DNA of 26,593 nt from an uncultured Gammaproteobacteria bacterium (GCA_964428715.1 CAYRYY010000004.1:1-26593); one strand, 5' to 3'; numbered from the stretch's first letter, positions 16,102 to 25,277 are shown. Program-made: numbers and translations. The notes: a model not told the origin generated them from the sequence alone.

Positions 16102-16863
16102 ATGAGAAGAAGAATTGTTATTGTTTCTGTGTTTCTTTGTTTATCTGTTTTTGTGTATCTTTTTTCTCAAAGTGTTTCATCCCCCATGTTGTTTTTAGCA
16201 TCATTTTTTAGTCCCTCACGTGTTTTTTTGCATGAAAGTGTATACGCTCAGAAAGGAAGTTCAGAGTTGGATGTTTTACGTTTAGAAAATGAAAAATTAA
16301 AAGAACAGTTATTGCAAATGAATGCAATTAAAAAAGATAACATTGCATTAAGAAGTCAATTTGAGGATAGTGTAATTTCGCCTCAAATCTTAATTCCTTC
16401 AAAAATTGTAGGATTTAAAGGTAGTCCTCAAAATCCAACAGGATTTGTACTTGATCAAGGAGCGCGTAGCGGAATTAAAAAGGGCTCGCCAATTATTGTT
16501 GGAAATCAGCTGATTGGTAAAATTTACCAAGTAAATGAATACTTCTCAGAAGTAATGCTTGTAATTCACAAGGATTTTACAACACTTGCAATTTCAGGTG
16601 AGCACGATTCTCCTGGAATTATAACTGGATTTGATGAATTTATGATTTTTGACCATGTTACTATTACTGATACTATTTCCAAGAATGAATCAGTGCTTAC
16701 AAAAGGTGAATTGAATTCGACAGGAATTGGAATTCCTCCAGGATTAGTTATAGGTAAGATAACACGGGTGGATAAGTCCGATACGCAGCCATTGCAATCG
16801 GCTGTTGTTGAACACATGATTCCATTTAATTCTCTTTCCACTGTGTTTGTTATAAAACAGTAA
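16102..16863 (+). CDS. mreC: Rod shape-determining protein MreC
   Basis: LRLENEKLK coiled coil, LDQGARSGIKKG, LIGKI, V.TKG....GIPPGLVIGKI. Confidence 0.9.
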   Translation: MRRRIVIVSVFLCLSVFVYLFSQSVSSPMLFLASFFSPSRVFLHESVYAQKGSSELDVLRLENEKLKEQLLQMNAIKKDNIALRSQFEDSVISPQILIPSKIVGFKGSPQNPTGFVLDQGARSGIKKGSPIIVGNQLIGKIYQVNEYFSEVMLVIHKDFTTLAISGEHDSPGIITGFDEFMIFDHVTITDTISKNESVLTKGELNSTGIGIPPGLVIGKITRVDKSDTQPLQSAVVEHMIPFNSLSTVFVIKQ

Positions 16864-16872
16864 AGTCTATCT

Positions 16873-17295
16873 ATGGTAATAAAAATTGCATTGTTGTTTT
16901 TCATACTTGTTTCATTACTTATCGAATCTAGTATTTTTCCATTTCCATTTGTTTTGCTTTTGTCACTATTGTTTGTTATCTTTTTTGATGACATTTGGGC
17001 CCTTTTTTTAATACTATGCGCATCAATATTTTTAGATGTATTAAGTTTCCACCCCGTTGGAATAACTGCGGTATTTATAATGAGTACTGCAATTTTAATT
17101 GTTTTTTTTGAAAAAATATTTTCCCTACAAGGTTTACTTCCATCAGTAGTTGCAGTTTGGGGAAGTATTGTGCTTTACACGTTTATGGTTGGATATTCAT
17201 TTTCCTGGATGCTTATAATTTTACTAACTGCAATTTTGGCGGTCATGGTAATACTCGAGAAAAGAAGATACAAAAAAGGAGGTTTAAGTGCGTAA
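16873..17295 (+). CDS. mreD: Probable MreD (small polytopic membrane protein)
   Basis: Hydrophobic 140-aa protein with FLDVLSFHPVG, located between mreC and pbp2. Confidence 0.7.
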   Translation: MVIKIALLFFILVSLLIESSIFPFPFVLLLSLLFVIFFDDIWALFLILCASIFLDVLSFHPVGITAVFIMSTAILIVFFEKIFSLQGLLPSVVAVWGSIVLYTFMVGYSFSWMLIILLTAILAVMVILEKRRYKKGGLSA

Positions 17296-19111
17296 AAGAT
17301 TTAAAACTGGCATAGCATTTTCAGATTCTATAGAAGAAAGGACCTTTAGGTTTTCAGGAAGTAAAACAAATAACCCATTTTTTAAAAGACCAGATTTTTT
17401 GACAATTATTCCACTCATTGTGCTTCTTTGTGTTTTTGTAATTCTTGCAACACGATTATTCTTTGTTCAAGTTGTTCAGGGCGCATATTATACAAGACTT
17501 GCGGATGATAACAGAACAAGGACAGTTGTGATACCTGCACCTCGTGGGATTTTATTTGATCGAATGAAGCGTCCTCTGGTCAGAAACGTACCAGTATTTG
17601 AGGTAGTAAAAGATGGGAAACCTGAAATTATTTCAAAAGAGCAAGCACTTCAGTTAATATCTGAAGACAAAAATGTATTTGAGTCAGTTGCGCGTGAATA
17701 TTTATATAAAGACGCATTTTCTCATGTGATTGGGTATACGGGGCATGTTTCTGAGGATGAATTACTGATGCCCGCATTTAAAGGGTATGCAATTTCTGAT
17801 TTTGTAGGGAAAATGGGGCTTGAAAAGTTTTATGAATCAAAGCTTCATGGGATAAATGGACGGGAACTGCATGAAGTAAATGCGTCGGGAAAGGAAATCA
17901 GATTTTTGGGTAAAGAGGAGCCTAAGGCTGGAGACAATATAATAACTACGCTTGATTTAGATATTCAGTTGATTGCACAAAAGGCTTTAGGAAAGGTGGA
18001 AAAGGCAGCGGTGGTTGTAAGCAACCCCCAAAACGGGGAGATACTGGCACTTTATTCTAAGCCGTCATTTGATCCAAATCTATTTACAAAAGACAAAGAG
18101 TATAAGGCAATTGGCGAGTATGAAAGTCGTGAAAGTGTGTTGCTGGATGGTGAAAAATTTCCCTTGCTTGACCGAGCAATTTCAGGAGTTTATCCTCCAG
18201 GTTCTACATTCAAACTCATAACTTCATCTGCAGTGCTAGCCGAAAAAACTGTAACACCTGGATTCATAGTAAATGATACAGGAGTCATTACTGTGGGCGG
18301 TGCCACATTTGGTACGTGGAATTTTTTGGAGAATGGTAAAACAGAAGGTGCAGTTGATTTGAGAAAAGCGCTTCAACGATCCAACGATATCTACTATTAC
18401 AGAGTTGCTGAAAAGTTGGGGATTGGAAAATTAGAGGAATATTCTAAACTTTTTGGATTAGGAAAAAAAACTGGTATTGATCTTCCAGGAGAAGTAAGTG
18501 GAACGGTTCCTGGGGAGCGATGGAAGAAAAGAACATTAGGAGATATTTGGTATTTAGGAGATACGTACAACATGAGTATTGGGCAGGGCTATTTGCTTAC
18601 AACACCATTACAGATAAACGTAATGACCCAAATTGTTGCAAATGGTGGAACGTATTTTAAGCCGCATTTAGTAAAAGGAGAGGAAAGTATTATTCAAAAA
18701 CATATAGTGGATGAAAGTATTTTAAAAACAGTGAGAGAAGGAATGCTTCAGGCATGTGAAACAGGGGGCACAGGTTATCCGCTATTTGGATTTACAGTTC
18801 AAAATGACAGATTAGATATAGATAATTTGAACTATTTTGAGGCGTCATCTACATCCGCTCGACTCTCCAGTACAGATTCAGCAGCGCTTAAAAAAGACAA
18901 ATATGTTGAGATAAAAGTAGGCTGTAAAACGGGAACAGCAGAAGCGCATGGAGAAGGAAATCCAAAGCCGCACGCATCATTTACGCTGTTTGCACCTTAT
19001 CATGATCCGGAAGTGGTAGTTACTGTAGTTGTTGAAAATGGCGGACAGGGATCAGAGGTAGCAGGCCCTATAGCCCGAGATGTGTTAAGAGAGTATTTCG
19101 AGCGAAAGTAA
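17288..19111 (+). CDS. mrdA: Penicillin-binding protein 2 (class B transpeptidase)
   Basis: IPAPRGILFDR, GKMGLEK.YE..LHG..G, YPPGSTFK (SxxK), SND (SxN), KTGTAE. Confidence 0.93.
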   Translation: MRKRFKTGIAFSDSIEERTFRFSGSKTNNPFFKRPDFLTIIPLIVLLCVFVILATRLFFVQVVQGAYYTRLADDNRTRTVVIPAPRGILFDRMKRPLVRNVPVFEVVKDGKPEIISKEQALQLISEDKNVFESVAREYLYKDAFSHVIGYTGHVSEDELLMPAFKGYAISDFVGKMGLEKFYESKLHGINGRELHEVNASGKEIRFLGKEEPKAGDNIITTLDLDIQLIAQKALGKVEKAAVVVSNPQNGEILALYSKPSFDPNLFTKDKEYKAIGEYESRESVLLDGEKFPLLDRAISGVYPPGSTFKLITSSAVLAEKTVTPGFIVNDTGVITVGGATFGTWNFLENGKTEGAVDLRKALQRSNDIYYYRVAEKLGIGKLEEYSKLFGLGKKTGIDLPGEVSGTVPGERWKKRTLGDIWYLGDTYNMSIGQGYLLTTPLQINVMTQIVANGGTYFKPHLVKGEESIIQKHIVDESILKTVREGMLQACETGGTGYPLFGFTVQNDRLDIDNLNYFEASSTSARLSSTDSAALKKDKYVEIKVGCKTGTAEAHGEGNPKPHASFTLFAPYHDPEVVVTVVVENGGQGSEVAGPIARDVLREYFERK

Positions 19112-19127
19112 AAGTAGTAGACATAAA

Positions 19128-19147
19128 GTAAAACTGCCCAGTTTTAC
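19128..19147. other. Inverted repeat between convergent genes (possible terminator)
   Basis: gtaaaactg-cc-cagttttac. Confidence 0.45.
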
Positions 19148-19178
19148 AATATGCCTACTTCTTGCATTAATTTCTTTA

Positions 19179-19400
19179 CTATTTATTTACGTTAACATCA
19201 ACTTGCCGTGGAACATCTACTTGTGGTGCTGATGAACCGGTATCAACGTTATTCGTAACGCCTCCAAATATTCCACTTGCTCCAAAAAAGTAAAATGCTA
19301 GAATTGCAAGTACTACTAACACTGCAATTCCCATTATAAACCCCATCGCGTTTGAAGAGCTTGTGTCATGTGCAACATGTTCGTGAATTACTTCTGCCAT
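19179..19400 (-). CDS. Small single-TM protein (73 aa)
   Basis: Strong SD AGGAGG upstream; one TM helix; C-terminal VDVPRQVDVNVNK. Confidence 0.75.
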   Translation of the reverse strand: MAEVIHEHVAHDTSSSNAMGFIMGIAVLVVLAILAFYFFGASGIFGGVTNNVDTGSSAPQVDVPRQVDVNVNK

Positions 19401-19495
19401 ATATGTGTATTCCTCCTTTCTTTAAATGATATGTCCATTTTACAACTCATCTGTAAAGATACTACAAAGAGCATGCAAGAAAGTGGTAAGAGAGG

Positions 19496-20431
19496 TTAGT
19501 TGGTGAATTTAAGTGTTGTAAGGATGGGGGAGAACCAGTCAGATTTAAACGTATCACAAGAATTATTTGTTATAAATAGGACTTGAACATTTTTAGTTTT
19601 AGCCAGAGCATATCTGGGACTTTTTACTTGAGTATTACCTCCGGCTCCGCATAGCTCAGATAATGATTGGTTATAGCTTAATATTTCAACCGGAGTATTG
19701 TTAATATTTTTTTGAGACAAAACAAGATTTGATTCAGCGCTTAGGTTTTCTGATTTTAGTACATCTGAAAGTGGGGTAGTATCAGAATAATTAGTAAACA
19801 CCATTACAACTAATCTTTTTGCCATAAGATCTCCCTGTTTTTGCAAAAAGCCAATTAATTCATTTGTTGATGAATTTTCTTTCACTAAACTATCTGGATA
19901 CTGAAATGAAAATCCCTTAGGATTGTTGTATATCTTATTAAGCGATGTATTTGTGTTTTGTATAGATGCTGGATTTTTAAGACATGCGGTAAGTTCTGCA
20001 GTTTGAGTCCAGCCGCATGTGCCGTTTGCTTGAACTTCACATGTGGCAGTTTTATAACATGCATATTCTTCTTTGTATTCACATGTAGATACAAATCCTT
20101 CAGATTCAGATTTACTTACACAAAATTGCCTACTGCAGCCGCTTATCACACACTCACCATTCGCTTGTGGAAGTGGACTTATTTCAAATTCATTGGTCGG
20201 CTTAGGAGAAATTGAGGGAATTTGCTCAAATTCATTGTTGTTGCTTCTTGAAACTTCCTTAAATGAGTAAATTGCGGCAGCTGTTCCAAGAGTTAAAAAG
20301 AACAGAACAAAAAAACCAATCAGAATAAATTTAAACTTTTTTTTCTGTGTGTTGTTGGGGGTTGAATTTGGAAGTTGAGAAATATCCGTTTCTGGATTTA
20401 AGGTAGGATTTTGCGTAGATTTGTTTTCCAT
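19496..20431 (-). CDS. Membrane-anchored protein with an eight-cysteine module and a PsbP-like C-terminal region
   Basis: CVISGCSRQFC...STCEYKEEYACYKTATCEVQANGTCGW...TAC (8 Cys), then YNNPKGFSFQYP. Promoter TTGACT-17-GATAAT, ATG 6 nt later. Confidence 0.7.
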   Translation of the reverse strand: MENKSTQNPTLNPETDISQLPNSTPNNTQKKKFKFILIGFFVLFFLTLGTAAAIYSFKEVSRSNNNEFEQIPSISPKPTNEFEISPLPQANGECVISGCSRQFCVSKSESEGFVSTCEYKEEYACYKTATCEVQANGTCGWTQTAELTACLKNPASIQNTNTSLNKIYNNPKGFSFQYPDSLVKENSSTNELIGFLQKQGDLMAKRLVVMVFTNYSDTTPLSDVLKSENLSAESNLVLSQKNINNTPVEILSYNQSLSELCGAGGNTQVKSPRYALAKTKNVQVLFITNNSCDTFKSDWFSPILTTLKFTN

Positions 20432-20513
20432 ATGTAAATTATCTCAGTATTTTTATACCGAGTCAAATGGCTTTATCTTGACAATGACACATATTTAGAA
20501 TTATAGTAGCTGT

Positions 20514-20945
20514 ATGGTAGATTCTGAACAAAGGCAAATAGTAAGGCGTCCAAACGCAAATAGAAGTGCGAGAATTATTCATAGGCATGGTGATGGAGGT
20601 GGAATTGATCACACAAATCGAACATATTTAAGAACAGATCAAGAAATCTCAACTGACGAGCGGGAAATGTTAAAGAGTATTGGTGCAAGTCTTGCGGACC
20701 AAAGGCTTGAGTCTGGGGAGCCGGATGTTGCTGCTGTTGCAGGCACTTTAAGCAATTATGATTCTCAAAGACGTGGGCTAGTCAGAAGCGGATTTGTAGA
20801 TTCAGTTGTGGAGCATGAACTTCCCAGACCTGTGTCAAATGAGATTACCCCGGAAACAAAAAATTGGAAATTGGAAGCACTTAGAAGATCAGCAGTATTG
20901 AATAGGCAAATTACATCAGCGCTTCATGAATTAGAAAATAAATAA
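20514..20945 (+). CDS. Hypothetical protein (143 aa)
   Basis: ORF preceded by TTGACA-18-TATAGT with ATG 6 nt later. No family recognised. Confidence 0.7.
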   Translation: MVDSEQRQIVRRPNANRSARIIHRHGDGGGIDHTNRTYLRTDQEISTDEREMLKSIGASLADQRLESGEPDVAAVAGTLSNYDSQRRGLVRSGFVDSVVEHELPRPVSNEITPETKNWKLEALRRSAVLNRQITSALHELENK

Positions 20946-20949
20946 TTCA

Positions 20950-21102
20950 CTATGGTAGTAGAGGCTTTATAAGCTCCCACATTGTTTTATAATCATTCAT
21001 CCCGTTTAGAAGAAACAAGAAAAGCATGGATAAGATTATTCCCGCGGCAATGTTTGTTTGAGGTGTTTCTATATTTAATGTATTCTGCTGACCCAAGTTC
21101 AT
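20950..21102 (-). CDS. Putative 50-aa single-TM protein missing from the ORF track
   Basis: MNLGQQNTLNIETPQTNIAAGIILSMLFLFLLNGMNDYKTMWELIKPLLP*, preceded by TAAGAT and GGGAG. Fills the gap and converges on the 20514-20945 ORF. Confidence 0.5.
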   Translation of the reverse strand: MNLGQQNTLNIETPQTNIAAGIILSMLFLFLLNGMNDYKTMWELIKPLLP

Positions 21103-21209
21103 AACTCCTATCTTAAGCACATTGAGTAAATATACATCGTGTATTTAGAAAGAAAAGCGTAAGAACTTTCTATATTTACACAGAACTTTTGATTTTCTAT
21201 GATTGATTC

Positions 21210-22292
21210 ATGGAGGAAAATGCATGTTTGTCTTTCAGTTTATGTAAAGGAGTAGGGCCTAAAACGTTTTTAAAACTTGTAAGGCATTTTGGATCTGCTC
21301 AGAACGCGTGGAATGCTTTTGATTTAGAATCCGCAAAAGAAGTAGGCATAGGGGAGAAGACTTATTTAAAATTTGATACCTCGAGAAAAGAATTAGATAT
21401 AGAGGATTATTTACTAAAAATTAACCGAGCTAAAGTAAGCATAATTGGGTTTACAAATTTGTTATATCCTCAAAGCTTAAAAGTTTTAGAATCTCCGCCT
21501 ATTGTACTGTTTTGCAAAGGAGATGTTGAGTTATTAAAACATCTTCAAAACATTGGGATTGTTGGGGCGCGAAAGATTACGTCATATGGAAAAGACGTCA
21601 CACAAAATTTGACATCAGATCTTGTTGCCAATAATTTTTGCATAGTATCAGGATTGGCGTTTGGGGTGGACGCAATAGCGCACAAAACTGCACTTGAACA
21701 CAAGGGAAAAACGATTGCAGTTCTAGGGTGCGGGGTGGACTGTGTAACTCCACTTGAGAATGAAAGATTATATGAGGAGATATTAGACAAAGGTGGGTTG
21801 ATTGTTTCAGAATATAGGTTAGGTTTACCGCCGTCAGCTGGATCATTTCCTGCAAGGAACAGGATTATTGCAGCATTGTCCCTTGGTGTCTTAGTTACGG
21901 AAGCAGCAGAAGATTCAGGATCATTAATTACAGCAGAAGAAGCACTAAAATTAGGAAAGCCTGTTTTTGCAGTTCCAGGAAGTATTAATTCTCAGATGAG
22001 CCGTGGGACATTAAAGCTTCTCAAACAAGGAGCGCATATTGTGACCAGCGCAAACGACATACTTGAAGATCTTGAAATTAAACCTCGAGATTTTAGCAAA
22101 AGTGAATTAGACCTATCACGTTTTTCAGAAAATGAAAATCTTATTCTTGAGCTCATTCAACAAGAGCCGCTTTCAATGGATGAAATTTCAAAACAAACCA
22201 AAATCCCGGTTCATAAATTACTTGGGATAGTATCCAATCTGGAGTTGCAGGGAATTGTAAAGAACAATGGGGGAGAGGTAGGGATTATATGA
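21210..22292 (+). CDS. dprA: DNA-protecting protein DprA
   Basis: IGIVGARKITSYG, IVSGLAFGVDAIAH, AVLGCG, FPARNRIIAALS, EAAEDSGSLITA, FAVPGSI, winged-helix tail. Promoter TTTACA-17-TATGAT, ATG 6 nt later. Confidence 0.96.
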   Translation: MEENACLSFSLCKGVGPKTFLKLVRHFGSAQNAWNAFDLESAKEVGIGEKTYLKFDTSRKELDIEDYLLKINRAKVSIIGFTNLLYPQSLKVLESPPIVLFCKGDVELLKHLQNIGIVGARKITSYGKDVTQNLTSDLVANNFCIVSGLAFGVDAIAHKTALEHKGKTIAVLGCGVDCVTPLENERLYEEILDKGGLIVSEYRLGLPPSAGSFPARNRIIAALSLGVLVTEAAEDSGSLITAEEALKLGKPVFAVPGSINSQMSRGTLKLLKQGAHIVTSANDILEDLEIKPRDFSKSELDLSRFSENENLILELIQQEPLSMDEISKQTKIPVHKLLGIVSNLELQGIVKNNGGEVGII

Positions 22293-22294
22293 AA

Positions 22295-23164
22295 TTACTC
22301 AATGTGGCCTGCGGGCATAACATGCGGAGTTTGCCCATCTACGTCAACCTTGAAGACAGGTAGTCCTTTTGCTAAAATTCCAGCTGTTGTTTCTGTTTGC
22401 TGATTAAGCATTGACCTAAAGTCTTCAAGTGATACTTTTTTAACAGAAAGTTGTGGAAGAGCCAGTAGTAATCTTTCAAATAATTCAGTTGTATATTTTG
22501 CGTCTCTTTCTACATCTACCATAAAATATTGTTCATCCCCATCTCTGTGAGCAATTGCTTTTTGTTCTCCCATATTAAATATTACAGCACCTTCAAGATG
22601 AGGTCCTTGTAAATGAACTATCTCCACCTTGTCTGGTTGCTCTTTTGCAAGCTTCTTTTTGTAAGCGATAGCTTTTTTTACTTCATCTGGGTTAACTCCA
22701 TATGTCTGTGCGTTTTCAGGGAGTGCCGCTTTTGCTAAATGCCCGCATCCTATATCATGTTCGTGTCCATTCCCATTATTATGTGTATGTTCATCTGTAT
22801 GGGCATAAAATTTACCCTCCGAAGTGCTTACCACGGCATCTACTGCCTGTTCTGGTGTTAATCCCAGTCCGAATTTTTGATTTAAACCTAAAAGTCCTAA
22901 TACAAATCCACCGTCTGCGCCAAAGCGGGAAATTTTCCCATCATTTCCTTCATATCTTCCGTCTCCACACATACGTCCTGGTTTTGCGTCAGTTATGTGA
23001 TTTGGATTTGCTATAAATTCTTCAATAGTGTGTGTTTGTGCAATCATACGTTCTTTAATTCCATGTGATAATTCTTTTTTTTGATTTTGTGTTGAAGAAA
23101 TTGGTTTTTCACCAATACCACCAATAGCATTACCAATTTCTAATATATTCATAGTATCATTCAT
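22295..23164 (-). CDS. Putative carbonic anhydrase (beta/zeta-, cadmium-CA-like metal motifs)
   Basis: C-G-D-G-R (CxDxR) and H-T-D-E-H...G-C-G-H give a Cys/His/Cys ligand set as in beta/zeta CAs; later L.G.H.E..V motif. Confidence 0.62.
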   Translation of the reverse strand: MNDTMNILEIGNAIGGIGEKPISSTQNQKKELSHGIKERMIAQTHTIEEFIANPNHITDAKPGRMCGDGRYEGNDGKISRFGADGGFVLGLLGLNQKFGLGLTPEQAVDAVVSTSEGKFYAHTDEHTHNNGNGHEHDIGCGHLAKAALPENAQTYGVNPDEVKKAIAYKKKLAKEQPDKVEIVHLQGPHLEGAVIFNMGEQKAIAHRDGDEQYFMVDVERDAKYTTELFERLLLALPQLSVKKVSLEDFRSMLNQQTETTAGILAKGLPVFKVDVDGQTPHVMPAGHIE

Positions 23165-23189
23165 TTAGCGTATTTTCTATTAAGAAAAC

Positions 23190-24458
23190 TTAAAAAGCAA
23201 AGAACATGAGGTAAAAGGCAGTAATTCCAGCAGCATATCCTGCAAGCGCTGGGATAGTTGCGATTTTTAAGTACTTTCCAAAAGTTAAATCCTTTACCAT
23301 TCCCATAGCAACAACTCCGGCAACTGACCCGATTGCAAGCGCTGATCCTCCAGTTCCAACAGCTAATGCTAAGAATGTCCATATACGTGGATCTTCAAGC
23401 TTAATAAGATCAATTGAGAGTGCAGTAAGTGGCACATTATCAACAATTGCAGAAAGCAGTCCAATAGCAGCAGATCCAAATACTACGCGCTGCAATTCTT
23501 GATGTTCACCAAAGATAAAGTGAGAAACGGTTTCTAAGATTCCAAAAACATGGAGCGCTGAAACTGCAAGCAGTATGCCTATAAAAAACTTAAGAGACGA
23601 AATGTCTGTTTTTTGAAGCATAGTTTCAATGCTTGCATCAAGATGAGTAGTTCTCGTTGATCCTCTCTTAAAATACTCGATAAATGCCCATACAACACCT
23701 AATCCGAGAAGAAGTCCTAGATAGGGTGGAAGTCCAATAAGATTCATGAAAAGAGGGAAAGAGAAGCTTGCAAGTACCGAACCTATAACAAATTTTTCAC
23801 TCTTGGAAAATTCCGTAGGCTTGTCAACTACGTAGTCCTTAGACGTATTATTGATTTGTCTATACATTAAGTAACCAGAAACTAGAGCGAGCACGGCTGA
23901 TGGGATAAATGCTTCGGTAATAATTTGAATGGCTGTAAATTTATGTGCAAGCCATAACATAATAGTAGTTACATCTCCGATTGGTGACCATGCTCCTCCT
24001 GCATTAGCTAAAATCACAATTCCAGCTGCAACTATTACTAAATTCTTTCCTGAGAAGAACTGACGCGCTATTTGGATCATAACAATAGTAATGGTTAAGT
24101 TGTCTAGCACTGCTGAGAGGAAAAAAGTCAAAACACCCATGATAGCAAACTGTTTTTTATCATTCAGCTTCATGCGGGCTAATTTGGTTCTAATTACATC
24201 AAAGAATCTATAATGAACAAGTATCTCAACTAGAGTCATTGCGGCTAGTAAAAATACTACGATTTGAAATATTTCAGCACCAGCCTCAGTGACTATATGG
24301 GAAATAACAGATTTATCTGGAGTAGTTAATGCCGCCAAAATCCACAAAATCGCGCCAAGTGAGAGTGCTACAGCGGATTTATTTGTATTTAGCTTATGTT
24401 CTAGCGTGATAAGTAAATACCCTGCAATAAAAATAATAAGAGCGATAATTCCAACCAT
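23190..24458 (-). CDS. nhaD: NhaD-type Na+/H+ antiporter (IT superfamily)
   Basis: LSAVLDNLT, ANAGGAWSPIGDVTT, SAIVDNVPL, GTGGS..IGS.AGVVAMG. Start set to MVGII at 24458. Confidence 0.85.
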   Translation of the reverse strand: MVGIIALIIFIAGYLLITLEHKLNTNKSAVALSLGAILWILAALTTPDKSVISHIVTEAGAEIFQIVVFLLAAMTLVEILVHYRFFDVIRTKLARMKLNDKKQFAIMGVLTFFLSAVLDNLTITIVMIQIARQFFSGKNLVIVAAGIVILANAGGAWSPIGDVTTIMLWLAHKFTAIQIITEAFIPSAVLALVSGYLMYRQINNTSKDYVVDKPTEFSKSEKFVIGSVLASFSFPLFMNLIGLPPYLGLLLGLGVVWAFIEYFKRGSTRTTHLDASIETMLQKTDISSLKFFIGILLAVSALHVFGILETVSHFIFGEHQELQRVVFGSAAIGLLSAIVDNVPLTALSIDLIKLEDPRIWTFLALAVGTGGSALAIGSVAGVVAMGMVKDLTFGKYLKIATIPALAGYAAGITAFYLMFFAF

Positions 24459-24543
24459 ATTTATGAAAAAAGAAAAAAGCGGACACATGCTGTATCGCGC
24501 TTTGTATATTTATTTTAGTACTATACTTTAAAAAATCAATACC

Positions 24544-24572
24544 TTGATTTGAGCAATAGCCTATGGTATACT
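24544..24572 (+). promoter_or_regulatory. rplJL promoter
   Basis: TTGATT-17-TATACT with extended -10 TG. Confidence 0.75.
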
Positions 24573-24586
24573 ACAAAATAGAAAAA

Positions 24587-24632
24587 TTCCAAAGACAGTA
24601 AGCAAGGGATTACCTATAAGACTTACCGAGGA
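24587..24632 (+). promoter_or_regulatory. L10 leader (ribosomal protein autoregulatory RNA)
   Basis: CCAAAGACAGUAAG...CUUACCGAGG matches the AAGAC/CGAGG core of L10 leaders, directly upstream of rplJ. Confidence 0.8.
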
Positions 24633-24663
24633 CAGCATGTTAGTTATAACTAATCAGTAATGT

Positions 24664-24693
24664 TGGCGCCTTTGGAACGGGCGCTATTTTTTT
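24664..24693 (+). terminator. Attenuator terminator in the rplJ leader
   Basis: tggcgcc/ggcgcta stem followed by T7. Confidence 0.7.
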
Positions 24694-24731
24694 GCCCTTA
24701 CAATACTATTTAATAAATATTTAACAAACTT

Positions 24732-25253
24732 ATGCCATCACAAAGAAACGTATCAGCACTAGATGAAGCAAAACAAAAAGTTGACCGCGCAACTGCAATG
24801 TATTTTGTGGAATACACTGGACTTACCCATCAGCAAATGGAAGAGGTTAGACGAGAACTCCGAGATAACAATGCCGAAATGGCAGTTGTGAAGAATACAC
24901 TTATGAACATAGCACTTGCTGACAAAAAGATTGACGTAAAAGATCAGTTGTCAGGACAAAAAGCAATTCTTTTTTCATACGAAGATCCTATTAAGACTGC
25001 TAAAATTCTGGCTGCTTTTGTGAAGAAATACAGTATGCCAAAGGTAAATTTTGGAATTTTAGATGGAGAAATCATTGAGGACAAAACAGTTGTGAAATTG
25101 GCGACAATCCCATCAAAGGAAATATTGGTTGGAAAATTACTTGGACTTCTCAACTCCCCAATCACTGGATTTGTGTACGCACTTAATGGAAACATCACAA
25201 AACTTGCAATTGCACTAAAAGAGATTGAAAAGAAAAAAGCAGCAAGTAACTAA
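24732..25253 (+). CDS. rplJ: 50S ribosomal protein L10
   Basis: YTGLT..QMEEVRRELR, VVKNTL, LATIPSKEIL..KLLGLLNSP. Confidence 0.96.
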   Translation: MPSQRNVSALDEAKQKVDRATAMYFVEYTGLTHQQMEEVRRELRDNNAEMAVVKNTLMNIALADKKIDVKDQLSGQKAILFSYEDPIKTAKILAAFVKKYSMPKVNFGILDGEIIEDKTVVKLATIPSKEILVGKLLGLLNSPITGFVYALNGNITKLAIALKEIEKKKAASN

Positions 25254-25277
25254 TACAAAAAGGAGGTGTTTTAATAT

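Noticed and set aside
22290-22292. Alternative genetic code (TGA recoded)
   Set aside because: TGA ends dprA at its expected length, and long conserved ORFs are uninterrupted under code 11.
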